Of a DNA stretch of 64,000 nt, positions 61,762-64,000 are shown one piece after another. The stretch is from the NCBI GenBank assembly GCA_018672475.1, contig JABHFS010000001.1:24156-88155 (forward strand), written 5' to 3'. Both the position numbers and the translations under genes were made by a program. The notes beneath the pieces were generated by a model that was not told where the DNA came from, ran no database searches, and saw only the letters and a program-made list of their open reading frames with translations. Position 1 is the stretch's first letter. Every line of letters starts with the position of its first letter. Source of the DNA: Gemmatimonadota bacterium. GTDB taxonomy: Bacteria; Latescibacterota; UBA2968; UBA8231.

Positions 61762-62205
61762 ATGCGTTGTACATATCTCATATTGTTATTGCCTTTGCTG
61801 CTGGCTTGTGGCAATGTCAAAAGGACTAATTCCTACGACCCGAGGGGTGGGGGCATCACCGACTTGCGCTCGTTGCTGGTTGGGACTTGGAGTCGCGACG
61901 ACGCGGAGAAAAATCAAATTTACACCTTCAAAGAAGATGGTCGCGCCGAGTTGCGCGATTTCTCGGCGCCCGAAGGTGGTGCGATCGATCGCAACGGGGC
62001 CTATCCGCAGACGCTGGTTTTTAGCTTCTCGGGCACCTATGCGATTGTGGGGGATTTGTTGCGGATCACCTTTACTGACGTACAGACGAACGACCCGGGC
62101 GGTGAGACGCCGATCTTGCGCGATAAGGTCGTTAATATCGCCATTAAAGGCGATGAGTTGACGCTAGAAGAGCCGGATGGAGATAGGGTGTACGCCCGGA
62201 TTTAA
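61762..62205 (+). CDS. Lipoprotein (lipocalin-like beta fold)
   Basis: LLAC lipobox; LVGTW; GTY..GD.L.I. Confidence 0.7.
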   Translation: MRCTYLILLLPLLLACGNVKRTNSYDPRGGGITDLRSLLVGTWSRDDAEKNQIYTFKEDGRAELRDFSAPEGGAIDRNGAYPQTLVFSFSGTYAIVGDLLRITFTDVQTNDPGGETPILRDKVVNIAIKGDELTLEEPDGDRVYARI

Positions 62206-62225
62206 AAAGATATTTTAGAGGAAGA

Positions 62226-62268
62226 ATAAAAGGCCGCGAGAACATATCCTCGCGGCCTTTTATTTTTG
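62226..62268. terminator. Intrinsic terminator
   Basis: ATAAAAGGCCGCGAG / CTCGCGGCCTTTTAT followed by a T-run. Confidence 0.85.
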
Positions 62269-62670
62269 TTAGTAGGCCATTGGCATTGCGTTGCGGAATT
62301 TGAATCTATGATGCTATCGGTTGACCCGCAGCCGGCGAGGCTATTGGCTTCTTTCCAGTTTATTTTGTGTGCCACCCGATAGCCGGTCGCGTTGACAGCG
62401 AATTGACCGTCGGTCAAGTGTTCGAATTGAATTTGCTCAAATACTCGATGAAAAAATATAACAATTTCCAGATTGATGATGGGTTTTTTGCCCAACCTCG
62501 CCAATAAGGTTGGGTCGTTTGCTTTGGCGGCTATGAGCGGAAGAAAAAACGGCGGGTAGCGGTATCCGCCATTTCTTTGGCGGCCATGCTCCGGCTTGCG
62601 ATGCCGGGCGCGTTCTTTATATTCTTAGCCATCTTCTCCCCCCGTCCACCTCTTTTTAGGGGGTTATACC

Positions 62671-64000
62671 TTGGGCATTATCGTGCTCGACTTCGGTGGG
62701 CAATACGCCCACCTTATCGCCAACCGCATTCGCCGCCTCCACGTCTTCGCTGAGATCCGTTCGCCCAATAGCGCCGTCGCCGATCTGGCCGACGCCGAAG
62801 GGCTCATTTTGTCGGGCGGCCCCTCCAGCGTCTACGATGCCGACGCACCCGCTTACAATCCCGAAATCTTAGAGATGGACAAGCCGATGCTGGGGCTGTG
62901 TTATGGCCATCAGTTGCTCTGCCATCGCCTCGGTGGCCAGGTCGAGCCGGGCAATGCGCATGAATTTGGCGCGGCTTATTTACAGGTCAAAGAAGCAAAG
63001 GGCGTGCTTGCAGGCCTCGATGAGCGCGAAATGGTCTGGATGAGCCATCGCGACCAAGTCACCGCGCTGCCGCCGGGTTTTGAGATATTAGCCGCAACCG
63101 AAGATTGTCCGATCGCGGCGATGGGCCACGCTGAGCGCAAGATCTACGGCTTGCAGTTTCATCCGGAGGTGACGCATTCGGTGCGGGGCATGCAGATGCT
63201 CGATAATTTTGTCGCACTGACGGGGGCCGCGCGCGACTGGACGATGGAGCAGTATATCGAACATACGATGGATCGGGTCCGCGAGCAGACCAAGGGGCGC
63301 AAGGTCTTCTTGTTGGTCAGTGGCGGGGTTGACTCGTCGGTGGCCTTTCTGTTGCTCAATAACGCATTGGGCGAGGATCGCGTGTTGGGTCTGCACATCG
63401 ACAATGGTTTTATGCGCAAGGGAGAAACGGCGCTGGTCGAAAGGCTGATGAAGGATTCGGGCTTTGCCAATCTACAGGTCGTCGACGCCACCGATGAATT
63501 TCTCAAAATCACCGAGGGGCTTTCTGAACCGGAGGCGAAACGACTGGCGATCGGCGAGGAGTTTCTCCGGGTCCGTGATCGCGCGCTTGTCGATTTGCAA
63601 CTGGATCCGGAGGAGTGGCTCTTGGGCCAGGGCACGCTCTATACCGATACCATCGAGTCCGGCGGTACCGAAAACGCGGCGCTGATCAAAACGCATCACA
63701 ACCGCGTCGGGGTCATCGAAGAGCTCTTGGCTGAGGGTAAAGTCGTCGAGCCGTTAGACCAGCTCTACAAAGACGAGGCGCGCGAGTTGGGCGAAAAACT
63801 CGGCTTGCCGCATCATTTGGTCTGGCGGCACCCCTTTCCGGGGCCGGGTTTGGCGGTCAGGGCGTTGTGCAGCGACGGGAAAGCGGATATGGATGGCATG
63901 GCCCCGGTGGAGGCCGAGGCGGTGAAGGTCGCCGCGAAATACGGTCTGGCGCTTGAGGTCCTGCCTTTGCGAAGCGTCGGAGTACAGGGCGACTCGCGGA
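62671..64000 (+). CDS. guaA: GMP synthase (glutamine-hydrolysing), truncated by the window end
   Basis: Not in the ORF track; TTG start; VLDFGGQYAHLIA, LSGGPSSVY, GLCYGHQ, QFHPEV, SGGVDS, QGTLY.D.IES, IKTHHN, HPFPGPGL. Confidence 0.95.
   Translation, partial: MGIIVLDFGGQYAHLIANRIRRLHVFAEIRSPNSAVADLADAEGLILSGGPSSVYDADAPAYNPEILEMDKPMLGLCYGHQLLCHRLGGQVEPGNAHEFGAAYLQVKEAKGVLAGLDEREMVWMSHRDQVTALPPGFEILAATEDCPIAAMGHAERKIYGLQFHPEVTHSVRGMQMLDNFVALTGAARDWTMEQYIEHTMDRVREQTKGRKVFLLVSGGVDSSVAFLLLNNALGEDRVLGLHIDNGFMRKGETALVERLMKDSGFANLQVVDATDEFLKITEGLSEPEAKRLAIGEEFLRVRDRALVDLQLDPEEWLLGQGTLYTDTIESGGTENAALIKTHHNRVGVIEELLAEGKVVEPLDQLYKDEARELGEKLGLPHHLVWRHPFPGPGLAVRALCSDGKADMDGMAPVEAEAVKVAAKYGLALEVLPLRSVGVQGDSR

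Noticed and set aside
62202-62504. 100-aa minus-strand ORF before guaA
   Set aside because: Runs through a terminator hairpin and has no recognisable motif

Overview
This is a GC-rich (about 60%) bacterial chromosome segment. C-terminal sorting-type domains on two secreted proteins plus a UBact gene suggest a Gram-negative FCB-group or candidate-phylum organism (Latescibacterota/Handelsmanbacteria-like; inference only). It holds housekeeping genes (malic enzyme, thrS, proS, gatB, nadB, nadC, lepB, partial guaA), several sugar/amide catabolic oxidoreductases and hydrolases, and many proteases (M50B, CPBP, two M6 metalloproteases, S9). The centrepiece is a complete non-actinobacterial Pup-like proteasome operon, lepB-arc-dop-UBact-prcB-prcA-pafA (33448-40573). 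Its tag is the UBact type ending in RTGQ, and its ATPase lacks the GQYL docking tail. The intergenic DNA contains cis-regulatory RNA elements not in the ORF track: a Thr-rich leader-peptide attenuator before thrS, a second orphan attenuator before a sensor kinase/proS unit, and a structured terminator-bearing leader before nadB. Also present are a sigma54 promoter, an internally deleted IS5-family element with a TAA target duplication inside a small gene, and nested palindromic repeats. No CRISPR array, rRNA or tRNA was seen. All calls come from reading motifs by eye; no database searches or folding programs were run.
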